Notes: generated by a model from the sequence alone, not told the origin. 64,000 nucleotides of DNA from Epiperipatus broadwayi (GCA_028023455.1 JAQFVV010000003.1:5022001-5086000), one strand, 5' to 3'; shown: positions 13,451 to 27,917, numbered from the stretch's first letter. Made by a program: numbers and translations.

Positions 13451-15629
13451 AAAAAGACTTTATATGATATATTCTATTTTATTAATTTCATATATATTAT
13501 TGTGTGTTACGTATCTTTCATTTATATCTCTTTGTGTAAAATATCAATATGAGTGCATGCTCATCTTATCAGGATAGGGATGAACCATATATATATAATG
13601 TCAAACTTTTAGATAATCCAGGTTTGAAATTAAAAAAAAACAATTTTACATATTTTTTAAAATTATATCTTAATATTCATTTATAACAATGTATAATTAA
13701 ATCAAGCATTGAAAATTGAAACAAAAACATTTGATATAAACAGTCTCTTTATAAAGAAGAAAAAGAAAATAATTTTTTTAAACAACTTTTTCTTTTAATG
13801 AATATTACTATTCTACACTAGAATTGAATTTTTACTATATTTGAAAAAGTTTAACTTTTCCAAATGAGAATATTAATTTATTCATATGGAAATTAAAACC
13901 TAAGGATCAAAAAAGATTAGAATAAAAGTATTTTGATTTTCTTTTAAATCTGAAAGAGAATAGTAACATAAAAAAAAGAACATCTATTTGAAATATTAAT
14001 AACTTCTTTATTTTATTACATCGTTTTTCTACGCATATAAATATATTTAAAATAATTTTATATATTTAAAGAATCTTACAATGTGCAGTGAGTAATGCAA
14101 CATTATATCATAAAGGTTTCGAAACCAATTTTCATACCAATTTAAAATATTAATTGTGTAGAATGTCTCACTGAAAAAATGGAGTTTAAGAACATCAATC
14201 TTCGAAGGATGTATTTTATCTTATCACAACAAAATCATTGGATAATGTTAATTATTTAGCAATTTGGAATAAATATGTAATTGCTAAATCAATGGATAAA
14301 TATACTTTGCAGAAGATCTCCACCAGGATTATGAAATATGGACTTAAAGAACCATTCTTACTTAACTCAGGAAAATTCGTTTTTATTTATTTATTTATAT
14401 ATTTTATATTATTATTTATATTACTTTAATATGTTTAATTTTATAGATTTTTATTTCAAATTTGGTATCGTATCTTTATAGTAGTGGGAACATCCAAATT
14501 TAATTTTATAATATAAATTATTAAACTATATATATATAATATTAGATAAAATTAAATTTTATAAACATATTTAAAAGTTTGACAGAATTCATCCAAATTA
14601 GATGAAGTAAAATTTTGGTTATTATTTAATGGATATTAGAAACATAATTATTATTCTTACTATATAATATAGTAAACATTTAATATATTTTATTTATTAT
14701 AAATGCTTATAAAACAAGTTTTATAATTGTAAATAAGAGTTACATAATAATATTACGAAACAAATGAATGAAGATTATAAATGTATTAATAAGTCATTTA
14801 AATTATTATTATTTTTTGAATTTATATACTATTGTATATATCTGTTAGTTTGAATTATATTCTTTTCTTTTGAAAAGTTTATTAAGGTATGAAATTTTAT
14901 CATGGGATATGGAATGGGGATATTAATTGTTAATCTTTTAAAATGATAAAAATTCATTCTTAATTTTCATTAATATTTTATTTATCTTTTTACATTATAT
15001 TTTTGTTGTTTATTAAATATTATTGAGTTATTAATTTGATCTCTCTGCTTAATCATTATTATATTACATTCATATTTATAAATAAATAGACTAATCATTA
15101 TTAGCTATATATCAATTATTTTATGTATATATTAATATTATAAACATCATATAAATATATTCATTAGTCATTGCTTATATGAAGGTATAGTAGAAAATGA
15201 CTTGTTTAAATCCATCTCGGAAGAGAGCTAATTGCAAATTCTCCATGAGTTTGAATATCGTGGCATAATGGTGACTGAAAGAGGGATGAGAGGTGGATGA
15301 ACTAGTCTAAATCTAAATTTGTCTTATGATTATTGAGCTAGCATAGTGAAGATAGATGTAATCATGGTCTTAGAATTTCATCGATTCATTTTCAGCATTC
15401 TACTTGAAGACCCTAAGTCCGATTGTAATGAGATGTGCACCCTCTTTCTGGTGAAAACCGACATCCCGTTATAAGTGAAGTTATGTGAAGGAATGTTTTA
15501 TTTCATTGCTTATCAGTATTTTCCATTTTTTTTGATTGCACAGTTTCTTGTCTTCAATTGTTATTACAGAATTAATTTAATCCTTTGATTGCACTACTAA
15601 AGTTTATGATTTTTACCGTTTCAAACATT

Positions 15630-17828
15630 GATAACTTTTGTTATTAAAGCTTGCTGTTACCTGCTTATTTAAAATGTTGCCTATACTTATTCTGCTCTTT
15701 TTTATTTTTAAAAAGAAAAATGCAGATAATATTTCAAGAAACTCCTGCTCTGAAATATTTATTCATTTACTACTCATATGTTTAGTAAAATTGTGCAACA
15801 TTCCATTTTTATGAAGAATGGTCAGACTGCTAAGTTTATAGTTATTTTCATTTTCTTAAATGAAAGAACCCATCAAACTCTCAGATATTATTTAAACAAG
15901 GTAAAATAAGCATAGTGTTTAAGATATTGATATTATTTTATTATAATTATTTCTTATGTGTTATTAATTTATGATTGTGCTTTGTATTGTAATGGCTATA
16001 TTTATGATAATTGGTTTGAGAAAATTTTCAATAAAAGGAATTCTAATTATAGAATTTAATAGTTCTCAGAATTTATATTCCAGTATTATTAAAGTATGTT
16101 AATGTGCACAGGGTAAAACAATTATTGTATGCTTTGTATGTAAATGAATGCATCATTTGAAGTCATTATGAGAAAGAATATCATTTTTTAACTCCTACTT
16201 TATGGTACTGCCTCACAATTATTTTAATAATGGTTCACATATTTATGTTTGGGTGTGTATGTGATTGAGTGCAGATTACATTTCCATGTATTATTTATAA
16301 ACATGCCTTATTTAGACATTTATAAATATTCTGCCAATTATCAGGTATCAATTGCTGCAATTATGTTGATAGTTTCTATTGCATTGAATTTTATTACACT
16401 CATTCAGAATAGATTGAGGTTTTTTCAGCACTTCCTGGTCATGTAACCAGATATCAATTTATTTATTACCATCCATTTACCCTTAGATTTTACTAGTATG
16501 TATTTTTATGTTAGCATATGTAAGGCCTCTACATGTATGAAATTATTTAGCTTTAGTTATTTTCAGGTATATTAATTTATTGATAGCATGAAGCTTTTTT
16601 AATATTCCACCCATAAATGCATAAATAGGTAAAATCCTATTTATTTTTGTCTAGGATTCAACTCTGCTTGCAGTGTTATAGGAATTATTTAATGCATGGA
16701 TTTTAAATATAACTAGTTTTATAATTTAATTATCATTGTTTAATGGCCTGTGTAAGGCATATGTTTGCTATTCTGTTTGCATAAGTGTTCGTTGGTTTGA
16801 TTTTGAAATAAAAGTGAGAGAACTGGTTAAATGCAATGTAAATTTAATTACCATTATTATTCGGGAATTACTGAAAGATATATTTTAATTTAGATTAAAT
16901 AAGTGCTTGTGTTGGCAATAATTAATACAGCTATGTCTACTGCTTATTGTTTTAATTTATTATATTGTATTATTAAATTTATCTCATATTGTAAATAATT
17001 TTTTTTATGCCCTAAATACCATAACGTTTTTGTTATCATCATCACACCAATTTATCCAGAAATTGCAATTTAAAAAAATTATATTAAACATTGTTGAACT
17101 TAAGAATACATTTCAAAAGTCACATTAAAATTATTTACTCATTTTATTATTTTTCTATCTGCATTATTTAAAAGAAAATATTATATATTTTTTATTACAA
17201 GTGTACTTAATGATCTAGTGGGTGGCATAAAAGTACCCTTTCTGCCTACTGCATTATTTTACCTTACTTGATACAAGGATATATATTAAGATATTTTAAT
17301 AAGATTTACCCACAAGTTATTGAATATGATTATTTATAAAAACCTTAAATATTTTGATAGTATTTTTATTGCTAGTCAAAGGTCATGTGATGTATTCAGA
17401 TACTTAAATACTTACCATTGTTACTTTCTCATTTATTTTTAAAATGAAATATAAGTTATGAATTATAAAAAGAAGAAAAAAGTATCTTGTGACTAAGAAA
17501 TTAAGTTATTATCTCATTTGAATCCATTTGAATGTTAAAAAAAGTAATTATTTATTATATTAAATAAGAATAAACCCCCGAGATATGGATAAAATAAGAT
17601 CCCAATATTTAGATAAAAACATGAGATTTGAATTAAATAAGAACCCAATATTTGGATAAAATAAACACCTGAGATGTTTATATTTGTGTTATAATATATG
17701 TTATTGATAAGAGGGTTCATTCTCTGATAAAAATCCATAGTTTTATAGTGCCTGCCTGTTTTGGTATCGCTTAAGGTGTTGACATGCCTTTGTGTTATTT
17801 TGTTGGTCATGACAGACTAAATGATACA
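15630..17828. repeat. Copy A of a ~2.2-kb diverged direct duplication
   Basis: Colinear with 31545-33741 at a near-constant offset of ~15.9 kb (ATTTCAAGAAACTCCTGCTCT at 15731/31642; TACTTACCATTGTTACTTTCTC near 17410/33323). Confidence 0.9.
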
Positions 17829-18473
17829 GGCTTTTTCAATATGATGGCCTGACTTATTAAGTGGCTTATATTTGTGTGTTTTAATTGTAATCGAGTTTTG
17901 GCTGAAAGTGGCAGTCTGATAGATTAAGTAGTTTATTTGCATTATTCAATTTTTGGCTAAAATATTGAAGCCTTATTAATTAGTTAATATAGGTCTTTAA
18001 CCTGTTATTTCTAAGCTTTAAAATTTTTTTAAATGCCTTTGTATAGATTAATTGCAGGAGTATTGATACTATTACTTCAATCAAACCTTGAATAAATTAT
18101 GTGACTTGTACTTTACAATAATAAAATGCTAAATATTTATTATTTGTTTTCCAATGCTATATTTGATTTCAAAAATTATTTAAATGATTTTCTGATGATT
18201 ATGGCAAACATATTGTTTTAATGATGCAATAATGTCAATATTATTTCCTTTTATTATTACAGTATTATTTATTTATTTGTTTATAAAATTTAAAGTTTAA
18301 AAATATATTACTACTATTTTACCCAGATTCCAAAGACCAATATAGTCACACAAAATAACAATATAAGATATCTAGTATTTAACTTAAAGTTGTAAGAATG
18401 TTGTTTAGTGGGTAGTTTGTGGTATGTTATAGTATAGAGGTGATATTGCTTAAATGACTTGTGAATATAATTA

Positions 18474-19409
18474 CACCTGGGTCTCGTTTTATGCAGTAGA
18501 TAGGTTCCACAGAAAACCTGCATTAAAAAAAATCGCACAAAAATAGACAATTTATCTTGAAAAATAGGGGATAAGTGCTGTAAATTTCAGAATTCACATA
18601 AAAGCAAAGCAACAAAGAAAAATTACTTTAAAATTTCGCATTAAAAAAGTAAGCAAATAAAGTATGGCTAATAAAAAATTTCAAATATTTGAAAAAAATT
18701 AATACAAGACAAACTTTTTTTTATTACTACAGTATTTAATTTTACATTTTTCATACTTATTTTAATCATTAACACTAGCGTTTGTTTGTAAACTGGTAAG
18801 AAATCAGATTGGATGTGATGTGATGTATTATGACTTCTCCTTAAATGAAGAATCTCTCAGCAATTATGCACAGAGAAACCTGTTAACCACTTTATTTTTA
18901 TTAGTGATGTGATGTACAACTAACGCCATTTTCAGTCTTGTGCTGTGTTAATGGTTTTCTGTTTCTATATTAAAAAAATGATATCGCAATCAAAACATTA
19001 TCATTAGAAAGATTATTTTCAGTTTATAAAATCTTCGTTTTTTATTTTAAAAATCTAAAAGATTATTTATTTCTGTTATATATATAACATAATACGTTTT
19101 AAAAGTTTAAACTTTTTGAATATTTATTGCAATATTTTTATATGTAAGTATAAATCTATTATTATTATTTACTCATTAGTATAAATAGATCATTTACATG
19201 AAGCTAAGTTCTAAATACAACTTCAGGCCATATTCACGTTAGCTGCTATTAATATAACGATATATTTTTGAAAGAAAAAAAGTATTTCAAGTCAAAATAA
19301 GATATTAATAATTTAAAATTCTTGATATCTAATAAATATAGTGAAATATGCAAGATATTAAGAAGAAATATGAATCACATAATAATCTGCATAAAATGAG
19401 ACCCAGGTG
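18474..19409. mobile_element. Tc1/mariner-superfamily (pogo/Tigger-like) MITE, 936 bp
   Basis: 23-bp TIRs CACCTGGGTCTC(G/A)TTTTATGCAG with one mismatch; TA on both sides (18472-18473 and 19410-19411); no transposase ORF. Confidence 0.9.
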
Positions 19410-19449
19410 TATATTGTTACAATAGTTTTATTTGATGATATTTTAAATT

Positions 19450-20250
19450 AAAAATGGTGAAAATGAAGAAGTTAAAGATTTGGGTGAATTCCAAAATATG
19501 GCTTCCTATGATATTAAAAATCCTCTATTTTTATTAATATTGAAAAAAATAGACAAAGGTCAGATTTTTTTGAATAAAATAGAGGCATGTCAAGAAAGAA
19601 TGATAGCAAAGCTAAGTCTAGGATGTAATACTCAGCCTAAAAAAATAGAATAGAAGAGTCCAAAACATTGTCACAAAATAAAGAGTCCCAAGAAAATATA
19701 AGAGCAAAATTTGAAGACAGCCAAGATGAAGTTAAATCAGGCTTAACTGAGTTAAAAGAATTACTGGAGGATAATTTCAAAGAGATGGAGTATGCAATAG
19801 AAAATATACAAGAAGAAACAGAGAGTTTAATTACAAATTTGAATCACTTAAACCCAATTATAAACAGGCAAAAGAAGAAAACTCAGATAGAAAGTTTGAA
19901 GAAAGCAGGGACCAATTAAAAAATTATAGTAAGACAAATCTGAAGAAAAATCAGAGGATAAATTTAAAAATATTAGTAAAGAACAAGTAATTATTGAAAA
20001 AGTTGTTATACATTCTCAAATGAGTGAATGCCAAATTGAAATAAAATTAGTGAAAGTTTTAAGTGAGTCAAAGTTAGAAGTCAGTTTAGAAAAGTGACTC
20101 TAAGAAAATGTAAAAGGAGATAAAAGAAATAGCATTTAAATGCCATATGTGGTTAGAACAGATTGATAAGAAGAAATTATATATTTTGAATGAATTAAAA
20201 GGATTTTAAACTAGAATATAAGGATATGAAGGATTTAAATAGTTATTCTT
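19450..20250 (+). pseudogene. Decayed coiled-coil-like coding remnant, probably TE-derived (gag/ORF1-like)
   Basis: Purine-rich plus strand; ORF 19668-19919 is E/K/L-rich with heptad-like spacing (KSGLTELKELLEDNFKEMEYAIENIQEETESL); flanking frames are interrupted. No diagnostic motif. Confidence 0.3.
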
Positions 20251-20656
20251 TTATTAATATTAATTGTATGCTTTTAAAAGGTCTTATTTATTGCTATGCA
20301 TAAAAGTAGGATTCATAGCCATAGAAGGTCAGATTCTGACTACAAAAATAAGTTAACATCAAAATGTTAGGTAGAAACAATCAGATGATAATGTGTGTCA
20401 GCCATCTATTAAATGGAGTTACTACTATACTTTAAAGAATGATAAAGTAAATTATTAGGTTGTGCATCACATACAATGCATGCATCCTAAGACTGGTACC
20501 ATCTATTAGTTAATTGTGCAGAATTTTAGAATACATCTTAATAATGCTACTGTATTTCATATAGTAGCAGCCATCTTAGCAATTGGTCTTGAAAAGCATC
20601 CCTTAGTGATTCACAGGCTCAGGAAGACTGGGGCAATTGTTCCCTTATCTTTATCT

Positions 20657-23364
20657 ATGATGGAGAGTGACAATATAATAGATAACACACAAAATAAAGT
20701 AAGCCCTGATCTCAACATTCAATTTAGCAATGCAGACATCAGTCATAAATCTTATAGCCTTAAATCTAATTTAAATGCATCTAAACTAACTTCTACAATG
20801 AATAAAAACCCACAAACCAGTAAAACAAAAGACAATATTATTGCAAATATCAGCAAAAGTTTAGGAAATATTCAACCTCCCCCTAATATAAACAATAGCA
20901 TAAATTTCTCCTCAAGCAAAACTATTGAAATCTTTAAAAATACTAGCGAAAATCAAAATCTCCTCTCTGAAGACTTTACTCACCATCAGAAGACTCTAAT
21001 GAGCAATTTCCTTTGCCCAGTAATACATTTAAAACCATATCTGAAAATAATAAACAAAATTACCAACAAGAAGATTTTGGCGAAAATTTTAAAGTAAAAC
21101 ATTTTCTACCAGAGGTTGACAAAACCAGTGCTGTGACATTGGAGTTTGTCAACAGAAAATTTAAAAATAAAAAAGAAGAAATAAATTATAAAACTAATAA
21201 ATCTCATTCCAAAACAAACAAAGATTATATCACAGAACAATTCATTGCTACATCAGCCAACCTAAATCTAAAATGATTTCCTCAATACCAATATTAAAAA
21301 ATTCCTCAATGTACGCAAATATTGTAAAGTCTAAAAATTCCGAGAGCATCTCCGAAAATACTAAAGCCGATAATTTCAACGAATTACATTTAAATATCTC
21401 AGAATATGACATATAAAAACCTTTAGAACAAGAATCAAATACTCTGGAAAATAACTCATATAACGATCTTAACAATGAAATGTTCAAAAAAATAAACAAT
21501 TTCAACAAAACGATACCTAACACTCTATATAAATCATTTGCAAACTACTACAGCGATAAGTCTCTAATCTTAGCCATAACAAATCAACAACGTGCTTTAT
21601 ATAAGTTCCTTTTAGAATTACTATACAGTCTAATTAATCAAAAGCAATTAGGCAGAGACATTCACAAGATCCTTAATCATCCCAATGACCGCTATATGAT
21701 TGTTGAGTTTAAAACATGGGCAGACCGAATGAACTTTAAAAATAATTACAGATCTTTGGGAAATTATATTCTATGCTTTATAGATATGAACTATCTGGTT
21801 ACACTATCTGGCAGAATTCAAAACTGCTTTCCCCACTTTAATGAACAAAAACTGCAAGACATCCTTATTAATTATGGTTCAGTTAGCAAATTTAAACACC
21901 TCTTAAACCCTCATTTCAAGGTAAAAATCCTGTCCAATATAGTTATATTCACACTTACATTAAAGAAAAACATTATACCCACTGACCTACCCACTATCAT
22001 TACTGCAAGAAGCTCTCCTATGGTTTTGATGTTCAGGGGACAGCCACAATGTTTCTTCTGCCTTCAAAGAACACACCTCATTAAAGATTGTGCAGCAAGA
22101 TTATGCACACACTGTGATATTAAAAAGATTCTTCTGCCTTCAAAGAACACACCTCATTAAAGATTGTGCAGCAAGAATATGTACACACTGTGGTATTAAA
22201 AAGAATAAAGTTCATAGATGTCCTGGTAGACCTATTAATACATCTACCACAATCATAAATAGCCAAACACCTCATGGTCCTAATTCAAATAGCAACCTCA
22301 CAAACCCAGACAATTTGATTCAAATAAATCATCCAACAAACCCTTACCCAACTAAACCTATCTTTCAAAATAAAAATATTCAATGAAAATATTCAAGAAA
22401 GAACAAACACCACCATTTATACTAATAGTAGCGAATCAGAGAAACAAGCAATAACCTATATTGCTCCTAAACCAATCACTCAAACTAATAATACTCAAGA
22501 TCAAACAGATGATACAAGCAATACTAATCTCTGAAAAGCAATATTAGGTCAAACTCTCACTACCAAACAAGACAATATGACCAATCCATCTGATAAGAGC
22601 AAGGAAGACCCAGGCAATGAAGAAAATGCATTTAAAAAAATTTCAAAACAATACATCCAAAACAACTCCCACCAAGCTTAAAACTATTGATACATCGACA
22701 TTCAGGCCAGATAAGTCTACCCTAAACAAAGTGATCCACAAACTGTTCTCAAATCTACAACTTCTGCAAAACTTAACCATCCAGATGAAAAGACTTATCA
22801 AAAACTCAACCTGATAGTCAGCAAGATTAATGTTTCACAACAGATACAGCAAACAGAAAATGACTTGGGTCTAAAATATAAACCAAAATCTCATAACAAT
22901 AAAAAACATCTTTATCAAAAAAAAAAAAAAAGAAAACAACACTAATAAACTTCAAAACTCTCAAAAAACTGACACAACAAATACCCAAAATACAAATAAG
23001 AAAATTAAAAGGAAATCAATTCACACAGATAGATCAAGCTCAGATAATGACAGCTCCCACCAGATACATGACTCACCACCACTACATCCAGCTCAAAGCA
23101 TTACAAATCCATAGAAAAAAGAGGAAAACCATGGATCTTACAACCATCGATACAATTGATCCATCCGATGAATCTCAGACAGAATACATTACTACACCAG
23201 ACACTGAAGACTTCATGGATGCAATTCCTCAACCAACAAATATATCACCAATCCAACCACAAGCTCAACCACAAGACTCTGATTGCCAAACAGCATCAGA
23301 CGTCATCAATATGGAGATGTCCCACATTGACTTGGTACACTTTGCTGAGGATGGTTTGGATTAA
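20657..23364 (+). pseudogene. L1/Tx1 ORF1 (gag-like, zinc knuckles), frameshifted, ~900 codons
   Basis: Pieces in ORFs 20516-21097, 21013-21276, 21480-22160, 22090-22386, 22617-22814 and 23047-23364. CFFCLQRTHLIKDC (CX2CX4HX4C) is followed by a CTHCGIKKNKVHRC knuckle variant; N/T/Q/P-rich low-complexity C-terminal half; stop 6 bp before the ORF2 ATG. Confidence 0.8.
22053..22204 (+). repeat. 76-bp tandem duplication of the zinc-knuckle coding segment
   Basis: TTCTTCTGCCTTCAAAGAACACACCTCATTAAAGATTGTGCAGCAAGA... starts at 22053 and at 22129; the period is not a multiple of 3. Confidence 0.9.
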
Positions 23365-23370
23365 TCTATC

Positions 23371-26300
23371 ATGTTTTGCAAAATTGCTGGCATTAACATC
23401 CGTGGCATCAATTCAATTGATAGAGTTCTAGCTATTAAAAACTGGCTCTCACTCTGTTCCCCACATATGCTTCTTATGGGTGAAACTAAATATCACCATA
23501 ATACTGATTATAAAATACTAACTCTTCTCTCATCTCTCGGATTTACTATATTTTCCATCAGCCATTCAGCATCAAGTGGAGTTGGTATTCTTCTCAACAA
23601 GTCATCACCACCAAAAAGTTTTAGCAGTCTATTCCTGGATGCCAATATAATTATCATAGAAATAGACTATTGGGGTTATCTGATTATCATAGCTTATATA
23701 TATACAGCCAAAGACACCTTTCAATATCTAAAAAATAATCCATATCCTAAATGCCATCAATGCTAACAGAGTCGCCCTACTATTCTCTTGGGAGACTTTA
23801 ACACCACATACAATGACTTTAACAAAAGATTTTTGCATCTAATAAATTGCAGATTTATGTGTGGAGAGGGCTTCTTCCCTTCTGAAGCCTATTCTTTCTA
23901 TACTAAAATGTCACTGATTGATCTGGTTTACTACACTCCAGACCTCCATTTCAATCTTGATGCAGCCTTAGCCCCTGTTGCTTTCTCCGATCATATGGCC
24001 CTGATCTTACAACTTACACCTATCTCAATCCCTATACCCATTGATGGACCTGGGAAAACCATGCACATAATCACCCAATCAAACATGACTGAAGCGATAG
24101 TGTCTGAGGCATACATTCCCTTCCTGCTGAGGAGGGATGGTTTTCCTTCATCGGAATCCTACAATCCATATGAAATCACCACACCAGAAAAATCAAAGGA
24201 CCAAATGGCCTTATAAATGACCTAACAGACATTAATATACAACTTCAAACATTACAGCAAAATTTCACAAATACAGAAAGAATTATCTCCCTTAAAAATC
24301 TCTACAAAATCAAGCAAAAGTCCCTCGCAGAATATATATCCATCAGAAGATCCAAATGTTTCTTATCACAACAACACTGCTGGACGAGAGACTACTTCAG
24401 ATGGGCATTGGGGTACAATAAAAAGCAAGTGACTCCCTTATCCATTAATACTAATGACACCAATCTCATTGGCTTTCCAATGATGCAGCACATCAGCCAA
24501 CAATTCTGCCAATCAATGCAAAAAGATGGAGGTCCTCCTATAAACAGCAGGTTGGAAGATGGTGACCTGGGTGAACATGGCATCACAGAAATCCAAATCA
24601 AAAAGAAGATATTATCCCTCCCTGATGGCATTCATCCTGGCCTTCATGGCATCCCAAATTTTTTTCCCAAACACCTGTCAATTCACTAGTACAGTTATTA
24701 AAAAAATAACTGATCACCTAGCCTCCGGCAATAGAAACATAATAGATCTTTACCCATTGGCACTTGTGCCTTTTATTAAAAAAGCAAAACCACTAAATGA
24801 CATTAATAGTATCCGGCAAATTTCTATGACCCCATTGCTTATCAGAATAATTGAGTCAGTTATTAAAGATCAAATCCAAACTCAAATTCTTAACCATATC
24901 TCGCCAAACCAATACAGAAAAAAGGGATCATCAACCTCACATGCTATGACCAATGTAACAGCACTGTTCAATTATATCAGAGTACATCATAAATCCAAAC
25001 CTATTTCTGTACAACTGGATATTGCGGTGGCATTTGATTCAGTCCGGATAAACACCCTCCTGGATATTCTGGCCGAATGTGACATTCTGTCCACAATTGT
25101 TCAGATGGTCAGCAATCTGCTCAACAACAGAGAGATTTTTTTCTCTCTTGATGGCAAGATCACACCAGGTTTTAAGCCATACAAGTTGATCTGTCAAGGA
25201 TCTCCACTCAGTGCCCTATTCTTCTTGGCACACATCAACCCTCTTCTGATGGATATAGAAAAAAACCTCCCAGGAATATTCCTTCCCTGTCTCAATAAAA
25301 ATTTCAATGTATTTGCATATATAGCTGACATCATGGTCATGCTTCCCACCATTAAATACCTTTTTCATCTCATGAATATCTTAAACAGAAATACAACAAA
25401 ACTTGGCCTAGAAATAAATTTCAACAACTCTTCCATCTGGAAGATAATGTCTGGCAAACAAATTAACTCCCCCTTTTCTGCTAAACTCCAAAGATATCTA
25501 GGTTTCCCAATCTTCAAACCTCCAACTGCAATGGCAAGAGAGATTCAAGATGCAATCCTCCAATCAACCGAAGCCATCACCACTTCACTCTCTAGAGTAT
25601 ACCTCTCATTACATGGAAAGGTTGGCCTTCTCAACATGATCATAATGCCAAAAATCTCCTATTATCTTCCATTCATAAAAATATCTAAACAGTTTCAAAA
25701 CAAAATTAATGGATTATGCACCAAACTTCTCTAGAGAGAAAGGACAGTTGCTATTAGCTTGCGAGGCATCCAACGACCATGCAGGTTTAATGGACTGTCA
25801 TTCCACTCGATACAAGCAGTCATTTTACAAAAAACCCACAACACTCTACATAATCTTATCCTCTCCCGTGGATACTCCAACATTATTAAAAAAATTACAC
25901 TGACTGATCATCTTCTGCCTTTTTCCAGGTCATGGATAGCATTGCTAATAGAACACCTACAACTATATAGCTGTATGATGCCCTCTAACCTTAACCAAGA
26001 AATCACCTTATGGGAAGCATACAATCTATTCAACTATAATCTACAACCCATTAAAACCAGCCTAAATGTAACCAAAGCCTCATTTCACACTTCAAAAGAT
26101 GGAGTCTGGAACCCAAATTCCTGGACTTCATCATTAAAATTAATCTTAATGCGCTTCCCACGAATTGGTTTCTTTATCACCGAAGAGGTTTTTTTTGCAT
26201 TGACCTAATATGTGGTCTGTGTTCTCATGAAGATGACACCATAGATAATATTACACACTGGTGCCCAAGACTTAAAATACTGAAAGATATAATCATCATC

Positions 26301-26540
26301 AACTTCAACATAAGATCTGACATGATTTTCTCACTTGAAAATGCCATTCATAGTGGAACTTTTGCAATAATAAGGCTCTCTACCTTTATCCTTTATGACA
26401 TATGGATAGTGAGATGCAAAACTCTCATGGAATTACCCCTGCCACAAATCATATCATTGTTTTATCAAATGCTCAAAAAGTCAAGAAATGTGACTAGCTC
26501 CTTGCCTCCAGTAAAGTCTTTGATGACACCTGGTCTTTAA
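23371..26540 (+). pseudogene. L1/Tx1 ORF2 (APE endonuclease + reverse transcriptase), frameshifted
   Basis: ORFs 23371-23766 and 23788-24216 (APE), 24559-25734 (RT), 25759-26208 and 26322-26540. The catalytic YADD is altered to AYIADI. Confidence 0.88.
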
Positions 26541-27601
26541 CTGCTCTATCCTTTTCCTGATTATCAACTCCCACCTACCCAGCATTTTAGATTAGGCAAT
26601 TTTAAAAGAAAATATTCATGTTTATATTAAAAATACTAATACCATTAAACAAGTTCTTAGTTTCTCATATTCTACACAAAATTCTTCATTATACCCAACC
26701 ATATAACTGTATAACAATTGTGTTCTCATAACACAATCTAGCCAGATAGCAAACAGAACGTTAATATAAGCATGTTATTGTACAATTTATTTATTTATTT
26801 TTCTTCTATCAGGATGTAATCACTATTTAGTGTTAATAAATTTTTTTTTGTTGAAATAAATAAATGCTACTGTATTTAAGACTTGTAATAAACTAGAATT
26901 GTCTGGTAAAACAGGTGTTAATTGTACAAATAAAACTGATATATATATATTTTGGTTCAAAAAAAAAAGCTGATATTTAAGAGATAGTATTATTCAAAAA
27001 CATGTGCTTATTCAATATTTAAATAAAAAATAAATTTGTTCAATGGGAGGGGTAAATTGTAATCTTATATTTAGTCCAGAGAGAATTAAATAGGTAATGT
27101 AATACTTTAAATTTTTTTATTTCTTTAGTAATTTAAATCAAAATAACTCCTTTGCGAAATAAACATTACTATCTGTATTTAGCATTTTGTAAAAATGGCA
27201 GACAAGTTTGTGCACTCTAGAAAAACTAGAATTTATTTGAGTTATTGTTTTTAGATCGCGCTCTGATAACTGAGGAATTTAATTAAGGCATTGACGTAAT
27301 GGCGATCGACAATTCAAAGAAATATTTGCTGATTGTAAATATTTCTAGATAAGAGTCGTTACCTTATTGGACAGTGCATTGATTGTTGCAGTTATCAGAG
27401 AGCAATAAGAAGACCGGGAAAGAACTACGCAGGGCAGTATTTGAGTAGGCAGCATTTGAGTAGGCAGTGATTTGAGTACAACTACAGTAGAGATATCTCA
27501 TGCCAGTGCTTGTGGTTAATGATCAGTGCCCAGTGGAAATGTAGTCCATGGGTATAGCTGAAAAGCCCACAGAGATGGGGAGACTGCAGTGGAGATTTTG
27601 A

Positions 27602-27769
27602 GAGCATTCATTGCAGATCATTCGTTGGAGGGCATCCATTGCAGACCATTCATTGGAGAGCATCCGTTGCAGAGCATTCATTGCAGAGCATTTGTTGCAG
27701 CACATTTGTTGCAGACTATTCATTGCAGAACATCTGTTGCAGAACATCCATTGCAGAGCATCCGTTGCA
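27602..27769. repeat. 14-bp satellite inside LTR1, 12 monomers
   Basis: Monomers of the form GAGCATYCATTGCA / GACCATTCATTGGA counted directly. Confidence 0.95.
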
Positions 27770-27917
27770 AGAGAACAGCATGGGAATTGATCATTAGCGA
27801 ACTATGGAGATAGAGTTGTTGCAGACTATTCGCTATTCTGATTACATGAAATATTGTGAGTCTTTCATAGTATATATTTAATTACTGGCCACACAGTCAC
27901 ACTTGCAGATATAACAT

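Larger units (their letters stand above)
20558..26862 (+). mobile_element. Full-length L1/Tx1-clade non-LTR retrotransposon (inactivated by frameshifts)
   Basis: 15-bp TSD AATGCTACTGTATTT at 20543-20557 and 26863-26877; short AAATAAATA-type tail. ORF1 has CCHC knuckles. ORF2 has APE (INIRGIN, MGETK, GDFN, SDH), RT (LDIAVAFDSV, QGSPLS, RYLG), the L1/Tx1-type LSLHGKVGLLNMIIMPKISY, and a C-terminal Cys/His cluster near 26200-26280. Confidence 0.92.
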
